DNA of 64,000 bases. It comes from Dictyostelium discoideum. Taxonomy: Eukaryota. The stretch is taken from positions 3,840,001-3,904,000 of the forward strand of contig CM000150.2 in the NCBI GenBank assembly GCA_000004695.1. Direction: 5' to 3'. Shown here one piece after another: positions 27,194-43,583 of the stretch (the first letter of the stretch is position 1; every line of letters starts with the position of its first letter). The position numbers and the translations under genes are program-made. The notes beneath the pieces were generated by a model. It did no database searches and was not told the DNA's origin. It saw only the letters and a program-made list of their open reading frames with translations.

Positions 27194-27592
27194 TTCATAC
27201 CGATACAACTAAGAACAAGTTTAATTTTAGAAGATGTTAAAGTTAAGAGTTCAAGAGTGAATTGAGGGGATCCTTGAACACGAGTTATTGTTACATTTAA
27301 TAATGATGATGTTTGGTTTTGTGAAATTTTATTAATTGAAACAGTGTATGTGTTAATGATAGGTTGAAGGGTTTCTGTACCTATATTGGTTCCATTGTCA
27401 TTTGTGTTTAAGAAAAAAAAAGTAAAACTACAAAATCCATCAGCTGCCTTTGTATATTTTTTATGTGGGGTATTTATTGGTGAAACATCTTGAACTGTGA
27501 TTTCTGATTTACCATTTTCAACTAAAATTAACAAAATTAGAAATAAAAAAATTTAAAGAAATAAAAAAAAAGAATAATTTTTTATTAATCAT
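25933..27592 (-). CDS. Putative type I membrane glycoprotein (signal peptide, S/T/N-rich ectodomain with many N-x-S/T sites, single TM helix, short basic tail). As sequenced it needs two frame corrections. Exons (minus): ~27201..27592, 26773..27063, 25933..26683
   Basis: Introns are 27064..27200 (donor GTATGA, acceptor tttAG|CT, phase 1) and 26684..26772 (donor GTAAGG, acceptor aaaAG|GT, phase 1). The last exon switches frame near 26340-26370 (frame a stops ...SMVVS*; another frame continues through ...GTKIAGIVVGCTAFVAVVLISTIYIIRKKQNSKF...RKFGF*). The N-terminal signal-peptide ATG (27592-27590, MINKKLFFFF...) is out of frame with the body by 1 nt across an A7/A9 homopolymer region. The stop lies 15 nt from the convergent tRNA. 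Confidence 0.45.
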
Positions 27593-28369
27593 TTTTTTTT
27601 TTATCACCAATTTTTAAAATAAAAAAAATAAAATAAAGTAAATTAAAAAATAAAATTGTTAATTTTAATATTTTTTATAATTTTATTGGTGACTAATCTT
27701 TAGTGATGAAATCGGTTATTTTTTTTTTTTTCCCCGAGATATTTTGGACTTAATTTTATATGGTTTTGGAAAAAAAAAAATAATAGAATAAATACAAAAT
27801 TTATATATTTTTTTTTAAAAAAAAATCACAATAAAATTGTTTTTTAATTTATTTTTTTTTATTTTTTGGTTGTGTTTTATTTGTTTTTTTTTTTTATTTT
27901 TTTTATTTTTTTTGGTTGTGTTTTTGTTTTATTTTTTTTTTTTATTTTTTTTCTTATTTTTTTTTTTTTGAATTCAAAAAGGAATAAATTACTTTATCAT
28001 TATACTGAATTATCTTTTGTATTTGGTAATATAGAAACAACAGCACTTATTTTTAACTTTAATTATTATTTTTGGTTAAATATTATTAATATTAGTTAAA
28101 ATTTTAATAGATAATAGTGACTTTTAAATTTTTAGAAATAACTACGATAAAAATTTTTTCACTAGAAACAATTAATATAAAATAATTTTTTTTTGGTAAA
28201 AAAAAAGGAAAAAAAAATATCTTTGATATTTCTAAAAAAAAAATATTAAAAAATTAATTTGGAACAGTTTTTTTTTTTTATTTTTTTTTTTTTATTTTTT
28301 GTGAAAATCAAAAATATCTTTTTTTTATATCCATATTATTTGTGTTATTCAAAAAATATATTAAATAAA

Positions 28370-30952
28370 ATGACAAAAAAAAATAATAATTATTTAAAAC
28401 ATGATAAAGTATTTGAAAAAAGATCAAAAAATAAAAACCTTGATGATTTTGGTTTTGAACCAGAGAAACCAAAAAAACAAATTCAAATAAAAACCAAAGA
28501 AATAATAAACAATCAACAAGAAGTAAATTTATTTTGGAAAATATGGAAAAATAAATATTTAAAAAGTTTAATATTAAATTTTTTAAAAACTGAATTAAAA
28601 GTTGGAGTTTATAGTTATGATGAAATTGTTAGTGTTCAATGGCTATTACAAAATAATTATATAGAACTATTAAAATATAAAGCAAAAAGGGGTGATTTAT
28701 TAGTAGACTTTTTCGATTTCAATGTTAAAGAATCAAAAAATAAAGAACCAAAAAATCTTTATAAGCAAATTAAAAATGATTTTCAATTATATAAAGATTT
28801 ATTCAAAAATTATCCAATGTACTTCACCCAACCCTATTATAAATATAATTGTTACAAGAATCATATGGTTGACCCAATTAGATTTGGTTTACATTTTCCA
28901 ATGAGTATAAAAGAGTATACATACAGAGAATCGATAGTGAATGATAATGTGGCACCATTCTCGTTATTGGAGTATGATAGAGTTGATATATTTTATCTAG
29001 CAATTGATTTTGGGTCAGTTGATATAGCCAAATATTTATTCAATACAAAATTGAAATCTCAAAAAAATGATATCAATGGTAAAGTTTGGAAGAATCATAC
29101 ATTTACAAATACAACATCAAATCAAACTCCAAAACATTATAATATTATAAACAAAATCGTTAAATTATTAATCATTGATTTGAAATTAATACCACCAAAA
29201 GAAATGAATAAAATTTGTCTAGATATTTTCCATGTTGATATTAAATCATTAACAGTTTCAGAACTCTATGAATGTTGTTTCACCATAGCAATATTATTAG
29301 AACAAACTCAATTCTTTAAAGATTATCAACTTCAAATTTCAAAAGGTACAATTATAGATAAATATATGAACTATACAGGTTATTTACAAAATTATTTACC
29401 AAATCCTTTAATTGATTTCTTAACTACCACTCAAATAAATGAAATGAAATCCATTCATAATTTAAATCAAACTTATTTAAGCTCAAAAGTAATTTCAATT
29501 TCAAAAGATGATGAAAATGTTTATAAATTAATTAAAATGTTAATACCATTTACAAATTATTCAAAAAGTTATAAAAATAACTTTTTTTATTTTAACTTTA
29601 AATATTCAAATAATGGATTATTAAATTTTAAAATTGTAAAAAAAGTTGAAGATATTTCAATTACAGAGGAAGAAAACAAAACAAATACTACTACTAGTAG
29701 TTTAATTCTAAAAGATTTTAAATTTGGTGATTCAATTGAAAATGTAATATTTGGTAATCAAGAATCTATAAATTCAAAAATTGAAAGTTTCAATAGTTTC
29801 GAAGATTTTCAAGAATTTACCAATAATCCAATAACAATTAAACCAAAAATTTTAATGACTATTCTATTAGAATTAAATAGATTAGATTTAATAATTCAAA
29901 CTTTAGATATCCTATTAAATGAAATACCAAAAGAAAAACTTTTTCCAGTTGGTTTATTAAATCATATAAAATCAATTGAAATTTTTGATTACCTTTTAAA
30001 TATTAAATCATTAAAGGATGAATTTTCATTTAGAAATTGTTTAGAAAATGATAAAGGATTAAATAATATTATGGAACATATTAAAACAAATCATTTTAAA
30101 TTATATTTAGATTTTTTAAATTCAATAGACCCAATTTCAAATACACCAATACATTATTCTTTTACTTCTTTAAAGTTTATTTATAAGAATATTAAAGATT
30201 TTCATAATTTTTATGAAAGAGTTGATATATGGACAAGATGGGATTATTTTTCATTAAGTATGGATGATTTCATTGAATTGGTTAAATTCACTCCAATTAG
30301 TCAAAAGTATTCATATTATTGTGGTACCACACTTAGAAATGATGATATGGTGTTAAAAAGATTACATTGGGTAAAGAAATATAGATCCTATGATTTATTA
30401 AGTGGTAGATGTGATAGAGAATATGGTAATAAACTGGGAATAGATACTGAAACAACAATTCACATTTACGATTACCTTTTTGGTGATATGAATAAATTAA
30501 AGACATTTCAAATTCCAATGGGTTTAAATAATAATTATGATCATTTAATAAATGTTACAGTTGATAACTACTTTTCAAAGGTTTTTAAATTAATTGGTTC
30601 TCGTGGTGATATTAAAGCATTGGAAATCATTATGGAAATTTTACAAAGTAAACCTATTGTAACTAATCTTTATTATAATTTCCTTTATCGTAATGTATTA
30701 ACTCCTATCATAGTGAAGGCTGTCAAAAATTGTAAATTTAATGTATTTGACTTTTTAAAGTTAAACTATCCTTGGATATTTGATGATACTTTGATAAATA
30801 CTCAAGAATTTGGTGATGGACAATTTAAAAGATATCTCAATGTTATAGCTTTATTAAGTACTGCAAGCCAAGCTGCTTCTGAAAATATAACTTTTAAGCA
30901 ACTTTTAAGTTCAAATTATTTTAATGAAATTACAAGAAAAAAACTATATTAA
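28370..30952 (+). CDS. Hypothetical N/K/I-rich protein (~860 aa), no recognisable domain; likely start at MTKKNNNYLKHDK (the ORF-track extension upstream is AT-rich read-through)
   Basis: A long uninterrupted ORF with D. discoideum-like composition. The upstream 37 codons of the ORF track (MEQFFFFIFFF...) look like poly-T promoter sequence. Confidence 0.5.
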   Translation: MTKKNNNYLKHDKVFEKRSKNKNLDDFGFEPEKPKKQIQIKTKEIINNQQEVNLFWKIWKNKYLKSLILNFLKTELKVGVYSYDEIVSVQWLLQNNYIELLKYKAKRGDLLVDFFDFNVKESKNKEPKNLYKQIKNDFQLYKDLFKNYPMYFTQPYYKYNCYKNHMVDPIRFGLHFPMSIKEYTYRESIVNDNVAPFSLLEYDRVDIFYLAIDFGSVDIAKYLFNTKLKSQKNDINGKVWKNHTFTNTTSNQTPKHYNIINKIVKLLIIDLKLIPPKEMNKICLDIFHVDIKSLTVSELYECCFTIAILLEQTQFFKDYQLQISKGTIIDKYMNYTGYLQNYLPNPLIDFLTTTQINEMKSIHNLNQTYLSSKVISISKDDENVYKLIKMLIPFTNYSKSYKNNFFYFNFKYSNNGLLNFKIVKKVEDISITEEENKTNTTTSSLILKDFKFGDSIENVIFGNQESINSKIESFNSFEDFQEFTNNPITIKPKILMTILLELNRLDLIIQTLDILLNEIPKEKLFPVGLLNHIKSIEIFDYLLNIKSLKDEFSFRNCLENDKGLNNIMEHIKTNHFKLYLDFLNSIDPISNTPIHYSFTSLKFIYKNIKDFHNFYERVDIWTRWDYFSLSMDDFIELVKFTPISQKYSYYCGTTLRNDDMVLKRLHWVKKYRSYDLLSGRCDREYGNKLGIDTETTIHIYDYLFGDMNKLKTFQIPMGLNNNYDHLINVTVDNYFSKVFKLIGSRGDIKALEIIMEILQSKPIVTNLYYNFLYRNVLTPIIVKAVKNCKFNVFDFLKLNYPWIFDDTLINTQEFGDGQFKRYLNVIALLSTASQAASENITFKQLLSSNYFNEITRKKLY

Positions 30953-31045
30953 ATAAGAAAAAAAATAAAAAATAAAAAAAAAAAAAATAAAAATAATAAA
31001 AATAAAATAATAAAAAGGTATATTAAAAATTTAAAGAATTTGTTT

Positions 31046-34000
31046 TTATTTCTTTGACTTTGCAAAAGGATTATATTTCATTGGAACTTTAGCTGGTGGT
31101 TGATTTTTAGTATTACTATTGTTATTAAATTTATTTTTTTGTTGTTGTTGTTGTTGTTGTTGTGGTTGTTGTTGTTGTTGATTTCTGTTGATATTATTAT
31201 TATTATTATTTGACGCAACTAGAGTTCCTAGATCAGTATTATTACCTCCGCCACCATAATTATTAATATCAATTAAACTTGGGTCATTAAGGTTATTAAA
31301 ATCATAGTTATAACTATTATTATTGTTATTGTTATTATTGTTATTATTATTATTATTAAAACCATTGTTGTTATCATAACCACCATAGTTATTATTATTA
31401 TAGTTATTATTATTATTATTATTAAAACCATTGTTATTGCCATTGTTATAATTGTTGTTATAATTATTATTATAATTATTACCATTATTATTGCCATTGT
31501 TATAATTATTATTATAATTATTATTGTAATTGCTATTATAACCATTACCATTGTTATTGTTATTGTTGTAGTTATTTCCATTATTATAACTATTATTATA
31601 ATTATTATAATTGCTATTGTTATAATTATTGTTATTATTATAATTATTGCTATTATTACCATTATAGTTACCATTATTATTATAATTATTATTTTTATAA
31701 TTATTATTATTATTATAATTATTATAATTATTATAATTATTATTATTATTATTATTATTGTTATTATTATTGTTATTATTATTATTATTATTATTGTTAT
31801 TGTTATTATTATTGTTATTATTATTATATCTGTTATTATTATAATTTTGATTATTAAATCTATTATAACCAATTTGTTTATTATTATAACCACCACTACC
31901 AACATTACCAAAACCACCATTAAATTGTTGATTATCTTTATATTGATTTGAACCACCTAAAGAATTATTGACCATTCTATTGATAGCAGCATTTTGAGTA
32001 CGTGGTTTAAATAGAGTTATTGATTTCTTTGGGATGATAGAACCCTTTAGAGTTGAATAATTGAAAGAGTAACCATTTGGAACTGATGAATTATTATATT
32101 TGAAAGCAACGGCATCCATTAATGGTGGCATTTTCTTTTTAGCCAAAGCAGAAACATCCTCGATGGTACCATAGATTTTAGAACTGTTTTCAGGTAATTG
32201 AGTTACGGAACCCTCTTTAAAGGCACTATTGATATTTGAATCCTTATGACAAAACATTAAATCATGACCCAATGTATTACGATCGACTTCTTCCTCTGTT
32301 AAAAGTGGTTCAGTTTTTGAAATAGTTTTCAAAAGTTTAATACTATTGATGAATGGTAATAAACAAACACCCTTATACAATGGTTCAGTGGGACCTCTAT
32401 CGATACGGAAAGCACGTGGATAGAATTCGATGATTGGCGATTCCTCAACTGGTTCACCATCGACTGAAATACCCATTAATTTCTGATAAGGTTTTGGTAC
32501 GAATTGACAACTTGCTGGTGGCAAAACACTCATCAATTGATTGAATGGTTTAAAAGGCTCACCCATTTCATATTGAGGATATTCGAATTGGTCAAAGAAT
32601 TTACTGATATCGGTGATGTATGGTGAATAATGGTATGGATAATACCAACCCCAAGATGAGCACCCTTTGAAATAGTATTTCAATACCCAAACTAAACCTT
32701 CGACATAGGATTTACAAATTTGTTTAATGTCATCTTCATTTTCAACTTGAAAGCATGATTGATAGTATCTATCTCTCCAACCCTCTTCAGAGTATTTAAT
32801 ATTTCTACTATTATCAAAAAAGATCTCTTTTTCAGTTGGTAAACTACTATCATCATAACTATTGACAAATAATGATGGTTTATCATTTTCTTGATGTTCT
32901 TTTTCATCGGCTTCCTCTTGTATTTGTGCTGCTTTTTGTTGTTTAGATTTCTTATTTAATAATTTCTTTTCATTTTCTGCTGCAACTATATTTAATTGTT
33001 GTTGTTGATCATCATCTAATTCAATTACTTTTAAACCTCTTTTCTTTGATTTCTTTGAGGATGCTGATTGTTCGTCATCTTGTTCAGTCTCTTCTTTATC
33101 TTTTTCTTTACCACCACCACCACCAATAAGTTTATTTTTAATTAATTCAGCTGCTTTTTTATTTGATTTAACGGTTGTAGTTGTGGTAGAAGAAGCTGAA
33201 GAATTTTTTGATTTTTTAGTTGGTCTTGAATCTTCTTCTTTTTCTTCATCTTGTGTAGTTTCTTCAACTGGTTTTAAAATCTCGGCTAAAAATTTATCAG
33301 CCGCTTCTTTATGTGATAATGAAGTTTTATCATTAAGATTTAAAGAATTTGGTCTTGATACTATATTTGATAGATTTTGTCTTTTCTTTAAGATTTGAGC
33401 ATCTTTTTGAATCTTACGTTGGAATGATTCTTCTTCACCTTTTGTAAGGGCAACAAAGATTTGAGATAAACGTGGAAAATTAACTTCACCATTGGACACT
33501 AGATAATCGTCGAAACTTGGCAACAACTCTTTATAACATTTGATAACTCTATCGATTGCACCGTCTTTAATCTCCAAGTTTGGTAAATGTGGTAAGAAAT
33601 CATTACCAACAAAGAAACAAAGGAAAATGAAATCATCGACGATTCTATCAATATCGAAACCAAATGGAGTTGACACCTTTGTCTCTAATTCTAAATACTC
33701 TTTCAATAGATGTAAATGAAGAATTTGATAATTTTTCACAAGGAAATCCTTAACACTATCATCGACCTCCTCCTTGCATTCAATTGCTAAATGACCTTTC
33801 TTGTGACATTTATGACAAACACCACGTGCAATTGGTTGAATAAACTCTCTTAAAATATCGAAATTAACTTCATGTGTTGCTAAACCTAACATAATTAAAT
33901 CTGCATCTAAACCATAAATAATATGTTTTAAATTTGGATCATAATCTGGTTGTGCTCTTTGATGTCTAACATAATCCATAATCTTATGTTCACCTTCACC

Positions 34001-34707
34001 TGGTACACTTGCATCTGAAATTATAATTTTAACCTAAAAAAAAAAATATATATTATTAATAATATGTTCCTCTATAAATTATTATTATTATTATTATTCG
34101 AATTATTATCATTATAACTTACATCTTTCCAAGCTGGATCAGTTGTTAATTTTTCAGCTACATAAGTTCTTAAAGATTCAGCAACTCTATCCATAAATAA
34201 AGTACCTGGAGTGATACAATTTGAATCGAATTTGAATTTATTTTTCTTCTCTTCCATATATTGTTCGTATTCTTGTTGAGTTGCGAGACCATCGTAAATT
34301 CTTTCACGCCATAATGCTGCTTCTTTATCTTTATCTAAACGTGAGTCTAATGCAGCTCTAAATCTACGAGTACGTTGTTGATTCATTTTTGCTCTTGGTG
34401 CAACACCATCAACTGCCATATAAATTAACTTTCTTGGACGTATAATTGCAAAGAGTAGATCCAAATATTCATAGATCGATTGAATCATATCTTCAATTGA
34501 TTTAGGCTTTGGTCCCTTCTCTGGATGTGCACAAGGATGTATAATACCATTCATATCTAAATATAGATTATCATACTCTCCATTTGGATTCGGTGTTGTG
34601 AAATCAACTACACTTCTACCACCATCTGCTTCTCTTGGTTCAGTTGTTTCTTGAATTAATCCTCCATATTTATCAATTAACCATCTAAAAAAAGCTGGAA
34701 TACCCAT
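31046..34707 (-). CDS. xrn2: 5'-3' exoribonuclease, XRN2/Rat1 type (with CCHC zinc knuckle) and a ~350-aa N/Y/G-rich prion-like C-terminal tail; exons (minus) 34123..34707 and 31046..34033, intron 34034..34122
   Basis: Exon 1 is MGIPAFFRWL...NLYLDMNGIIHPC...YMAVDGVAPRAKMNQQRTRRFRAA...AWKD with donor GTAAGT. The acceptor ttttAG|GTT gives VKIIISDASVPGEGEHKIMDYVR (the XRN catalytic acidic motifs). CHKCHKKGHLAIEC is the zinc knuckle characteristic of XRN2 rather than XRN1. The coding (AAT/TAT)n runs give poly-N/Y. Confidence 0.88.
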
Positions 34708-35326
34708 TCTCTATATTAATATCTATATTTATATATTTGTTTATGTATTTGTATATGTAAAACTATCTTTTTTTTTAAAAAATAAAAAAAAAAAAATAAT
34801 AAAATAAAATAAAAAATAAAAAAAAAAAAAGAAAAAACGGTTTTATTTATTTTTTATAATATTCATTTTTTTTTTTTATTTTTTTTTTTATTTTTTTTTT
34901 GTTAATACTTAAGGAAATTTTTAAAATATAAAAAAAAAAAAAAAAAAGATATTGATATCTTAAATAAAACTCATTTTGTATATTATGATGTATTTACCTT
35001 AACTCTAATTTCGTATGTATTTTTATGTTAAGCTTACTTTTTTTTATTAAAAAAATTTAAATAATTAACAATTAAATAAAATAGGGATAAAAAAAAAAAA
35101 AAAAAAAATAGTCGGTGTATTTTTTTTTAATTTTTTTAAAATTTAGATATTTATTTGGGGGTTTATTAATAAATGTTATAAAGTGGAAAAAAAAAATCAA
35201 TGAATTTATTTCTCTCTATATTTTCTCTCTCTCTACTCTCTTATTTTAAACGAAAATCAATTGATTCAATTTTATTTGATTCTTAAAAAAAAAATAAATA
35301 ATAATGTGTGGGATTCTTATTTGAGG

Positions 35327-35357
<31 letters not shown>

Positions 35358-35490
35358 CGAAAAAATTTTTATTTATTTTTTGAAAAAAAAAAAAAAAAAA
35401 ATAAAAATAAAAATAAAAAATAATAATTTTCATAAAAGTGTTAAAAAAAAAAATAATAAAAAATAAAATTAAATAAAATAAAATAAATTC

Positions 35491-35595
35491 AATTCTTTTG
35501 AAACAATTTCTTGAGTGGCCCGAGTCGTTAAGCATTACAAATCACACAATCATCATACCACTTGAGAAATTGTTTCAAAAGAATTGAATTTCAAC
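35491..35595. other. Near-perfect inverted repeat: 28-nt arms (35491..35518 and 35568..35595; 26/28 Watson-Crick, the other two are G-U compatible in RNA) around a 49-nt GC-richer spacer
   Basis: aattcttttgaaacaatttcttgagtgg ... ccacttgagaaattgtttcaaaagaatt read directly. It lies in the divergent intergenic region between XRN2 (-) and VPS18 (+). Confidence 0.8.
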
Positions 35596-35804
35596 CAAGA
35601 TAATTCTAAAAAAAAAAAAAAAAAAAAAGAAAAAAGAAAAAAATAAAAAAATATATTTATACACATATATTCATGTCTATAAATAGCCAATATTTTAAAA
35701 TAAAAGGTCAATAAAAATTTTCGTCATCTTCAATAATATATTATTTTATTTTATTTTATTTATTTTTTTTTTTTTTTTTTTGATTTTTGAAATTATTTTT
35801 TTTT

Positions 35805-35876
<72 letters not shown>

Positions 35877-36053
35877 TAAACATTAAATTAATTCCTTTCT
35901 TTTTTTAATTTATGGTGAAAGATATTGATTTCACCAATTAGAAGAATAAAGGATGAATTTAAATTTCAATTCTACCCAATTAATGGTAAAAAAAAAAAAA
36001 CAAAACTAATAATACAATCACCTATGACATCAAACTAACTCAAAGATATCTTA

Positions 36054-36085
<32 letters not shown>

Positions 36086-36134
36086 GAATGAGAATTTCAA
36101 TGATGGAGATTATAGCGGATACAATAATGGAGGT

Positions 36135-39788
<3,654 letters not shown>

Positions 39789-40003
39789 AATCAAAAAAAA
39801 AAAAAGAAAACAATAAAAGAATAATAATAATAAATAAAAAAAATAAATAAAAAGTAAAATATAAATAAGTGTTAAATTAATAATAAAATTGTTACATCAT
39901 CCACAATTATTTTAAAAAAAAATAAATAATAATTAAAAGTTATATATAAAGTTATTAAAAAAGTATTTTATTCTTTTATTTATTGATTATATTTTTTTTT
40001 TTT

Positions 40004-41446
40004 TTATTGAGATGAGATGATTGTAGTATTATTTGCAATAGTATTTGAAATATAGTATAAGAGTATACGCCATAATTGTAATACAAAATCATCAGCATTA
40101 TTTTCAAACACATCTCTAAGTTTTAAAATAATATCGGTTGGTTCTAAATGAGTTTTTAAGAGGTTTAAGATGAAATCGATCAATTCATCTTCCTTTGCAC
40201 CAAAGAACTCAATAACTTTTGTGGTGATCCAAGCTTTCATACTTTCATTGACAATTGTTGGATTCTTATCAACATAATTCCAATCAATTTTAAATTTAAA
40301 TATTTGTTCTCTATCATTTGATATTCTCGATAAATCAATACCACCATTTGAATTATTATTATTTGGTGTTGTTGTTGTTGTTGTTGTAGTTTCTGTAGAT
40401 TGTTGTTGTTTTTGAAGTTGTTGATATTGTTGTGGATTTAAAACTTGATCAATTTCATTATAATCCAATGGAATGAAAGTTTGTTTCTTTTTTGACATTT
40501 GTAAACTATTTTGTAATTCATTTTCAGATTGATTTTCATCATCCTCATCTATAGAGTTAAAACCTTTGCCTACTAATTTCAATTTTTTGTTATTATTGAT
40601 ATTACTACTCAATTGGATCCTATTTAATTCTTCTTCTTTTTGTCTCTTTAGTTCGAGTTCAGCCAATTCGGCCAATTCTCTCTGTCTATCTTTTTCATCA
40701 TCTTCTCTCTCCTTTTGTCTATATTTGATTGCTTCTCTTGATCTGATACGTTTTCTCATTTTCTCATCTGAATCTGAATATTCGTCCATTTCCAATTGTC
40801 TAGCTTTAATCTCTCTTTGTTCCTTCTCCTTTTCTTTCTCTTTCTCTTTCTCTCTATCAATTTCTTTGGTTCTCTCTCTTCTCTCCCAATTTTTCTCTCT
40901 CTCTTTGAAATCTTTTAAATCTCTTTCTTTATTCTTTAGCTCTCTCTCTTTGTGTCTTTGTTTCTCTTTTTCCTTTTCTTTTTCAATGATTTTAATTTTC
41001 TCTTCCTTTGTTAAGTCTCTTCTATCCTTATTATAGAAATCATTGATTTCATTTGATTCCATTTTCTTTTTCTCATAAATATTGATAAAATTCTTTTCAA
41101 CCATAGCCTTTATCGATTCCCTTAAAATGATATCTTGAGGTGAGTCTGATGATTGATCGGTTAATCCACCCTTCTTATCTAAATAATCACTGAAAAACTT
41201 TTGCCCTTTATCAACTTTTACAACTAATTTACCACCATCCCTATCAACCTCTAAATCATTAAGAACTCTCAATGCTGTAACTGCACCCTCTGCATGCTCA
41301 AATTCACAAAGTCCAAATTGTTTCAATTTTCCATTGGTATCTGATGCTCTATTCCATTTACTAACTTTACCACATTGATTTAATAATGATCTAATAAATG
41401 AATCTTCTACAAATTGTGGTATTTTACCTATATATGCTGTTGTACT

Positions 41447-41524
<78 letters not shown>

Positions 41525-42178
41525 GTTATTAAAATTATTTGTATTGTTTGTTGTGTTGGTTGTAGTAATAGTGGTAGGTGTAGATGTGGGTGTAGATGTA
41601 GCTGGTATAAAAGTTGATGGGGTAATGTTAGTGGTGGTAGATGCTATATTATTAATTTTATTTTGATTCAATGGTGTTGGTGGTGAATTAATATTTTCAT
41701 TTTGGTGATGTAATGGACTATTATTATTATTTTTATTATTATTAATATTAATATTATTATTGTTATTAAAAATATTAGGTTTTTGATTTATGAATGAACC
41801 TGGTACCATTGGGTAATGTGGTTGTGGTGGTTGTGTAGGTTGTGGTGGTTGTGGTGGTTGTTGTTGTTGATTGTGAGGATGCATTGGAATACCTCTTCCC
41901 ATTGGTGGTGTTGGATGAATTGGATATCCATTGTTATGATGTTGAAGATGTGGTGGTATTCCACCAACCATACCACCATTAAAATTTGGGGGCATTACAT
42001 TTTGTGGTGGGAAGGGGCCATGGTGTGGTGGAAATTGACCACCATATGGTGGTTGTACTAATCCAGGTGGGAAGGGACCAAATGGTGGTGGACCACCAGG
42101 TGGAAATCCACCATATGGTGGTTTCATCATCATACCTGGTGGTTGTGGTTGAAATGGATGATGACCATAAGGATTCAT
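40004..42178 (-). CDS. RBM25/S164-like splicing factor: Pro-rich N-terminus, RRM, RE/RD/KE-rich charged middle region, C-terminal PWI domain; single exon
   Basis: The RRM is AYIGKIPQFVEDSFIRSLLNQCGKVSKWNR...FGLCEFEHAEGAVTALRVLNDLEV. A long ER/EK repeat region follows (minus-strand ctctct repeats on the plus strand). The C-terminal ...KAWITTKVIEFFGAKEDELIDFILNLLKTHLEPTDIILKLRDVFENNADDFVLQLWRILLY matches the PWI fold placement of RBM25. The coding (AAT)n gives a poly-N run. Confidence 0.7.
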
Positions 42179-42589
42179 TTTTATTTTATTTTATTTTATT
42201 GTATTTTTTTTTTTTTTTTTGTTTTGTTTTTATTTTATATAAAATTTAATTTACTTTTATATTTAATATCTATCCAATCTAAGTTTATTAAATTTTCACT
42301 TTTTTTTTTTTTTTCTAATTATCTATTTCTCTCCCTCTCTTTATGAATTATTTATATTTATTATGTCAAATTATTATTATATTATTATTACTAGTAATAT
42401 TATTATTATTATTATTATTATTAAACCTTTTTGATCGATATTCAGCAATTCACAAATATACACCAAACTTTCATATAAAACATTATTTAATATTATAAGT
42501 TATCAATTTTAATATTTGTGTTATGAGGAGAAAATGTAAAAGATCTGTTGAAAAATTTTCAAAAAAATATAAAAAAAAAAAAACTTTTT

Positions 42590-42960
42590 TTTTTTATTTT
42601 TTTTTTTTTATTTTTATTTTTATTTTTATTTTTGGTAAATGAAAATAAGACTTAATTTTGGGTTGAATATTTTTTTATTTTTGATTAAATTATATCGAGT
42701 ATATAGAATTTGTAATTAATGTTTTTTTTATTTTTTTTTATTTTTATTTTTATTTTTTTAATTTTTATTTTTATTTTAATTTTTATTTTTGGTAAATGAA
42801 AATAAGAGTTGACTCGAAATTTAATTTTGGATTAAATATTTTTGGAAAACAATTTTATTTTAATTTTTTTTTTTATTTTTGATTTAATTATATCAAGTAT
42901 ATACAATTTTTATTTTTAAATGTTTTTTTATTTTTTTTTTTTATTTTATTTTATTTTATT
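42590..42960. repeat. Intergenic tandem repeat, ~2.5 copies of a ~130-180-bp unit (…tttttatttttatttttggtaaatgaaaataaga[c/g]tt...aattttgg[g/a]tt[g/a]aatattttt...gatt[a/t]aattatatc[g/a]agtatata[g/c]aattt…)
   Basis: Direct comparison of 42590..42720, 42721..42905 and 42906..42960. Confidence 0.7.
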
Positions 42961-43217
42961 TTATTGAGTAATTTACAATTATCTGGTTTAAATATAAATT
43001 GTCATTTTAAAATACTTTAACGACAAACCAAAATATCACAATTACAATTTCTAATGCAGTAATTTGAAGTTGAACCCATTGTTATACTGAAAAATTAAAA
43101 TTAAAATTAAAATATTAGTACACAACCTTTTTATTTTTATTTATATATATTTCATTCACAAAATAATAAAAATGAAAAAAAAAAAAAAAAAAAAAAAGAA
43201 TTAGATATATTTATTAC

Positions 43218-43583
43218 TTACTGATCATTATTAATAAGACCAACACGACCTAGACATAAAACATCAATGGATTTATCTTCAACTACTTTAACTATAATAT
43301 CTTTTGGTGTACCCTCAACACGTATTGCTTCTACATTATTAATTAAATATTCATTTCTTGCTAAATCTTCATATTTCTTTAATAATGCATCACCATTGTC
43401 AAACATTCCTTGTTTAATATCTGAAATTAATGTCATATCAAAGTTTGTATTTGACATCATATAATGTACTAAATCTACAACTACAAGTAATACAATTGTA
43501 TCTGTTTCTTTGTATAAATTCATTGCCTTTAAAAATGCTTTATGAGAATTTGCACTACCATCTATTGCTATTAAAAATTTCAT
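43218..43583 (-). CDS. Universal stress protein (UspA-family) domain protein, 121 aa
   Basis: MKFLIAIDGSANSHKAFLKAM...IVLLVVVD...IVKVVEDKSIDVLCLGRVG matches the USP alpha/beta fold pattern (the hxhAhDGS N-terminus and the C-terminal hhxhGxxG). Confidence 0.7.
   Translation of the reverse strand: MKFLIAIDGSANSHKAFLKAMNLYKETDTIVLLVVVDLVHYMMSNTNFDMTLISDIKQGMFDNGDALLKKYEDLARNEYLINNVEAIRVEGTPKDIIVKVVEDKSIDVLCLGRVGLINNDQ

Noticed and set aside
28259-28369. N-terminal 37-codon extension of the 897-aa ORF (MEQFFFFIFFF...)
   Set aside because: The poly-T/A promoter-like sequence happens to be open. A start at MTKKNNN (28370) is more plausible.
31273-31956. 227-aa poly-I/T ORF antisense and out-of-frame within the XRN2 low-complexity tail, plus similar ORFs at 36420..36802, 41414..41666 and 54968..55211
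   Set aside because: Translations of AAT/ATA/ATT microsatellites, not genes.
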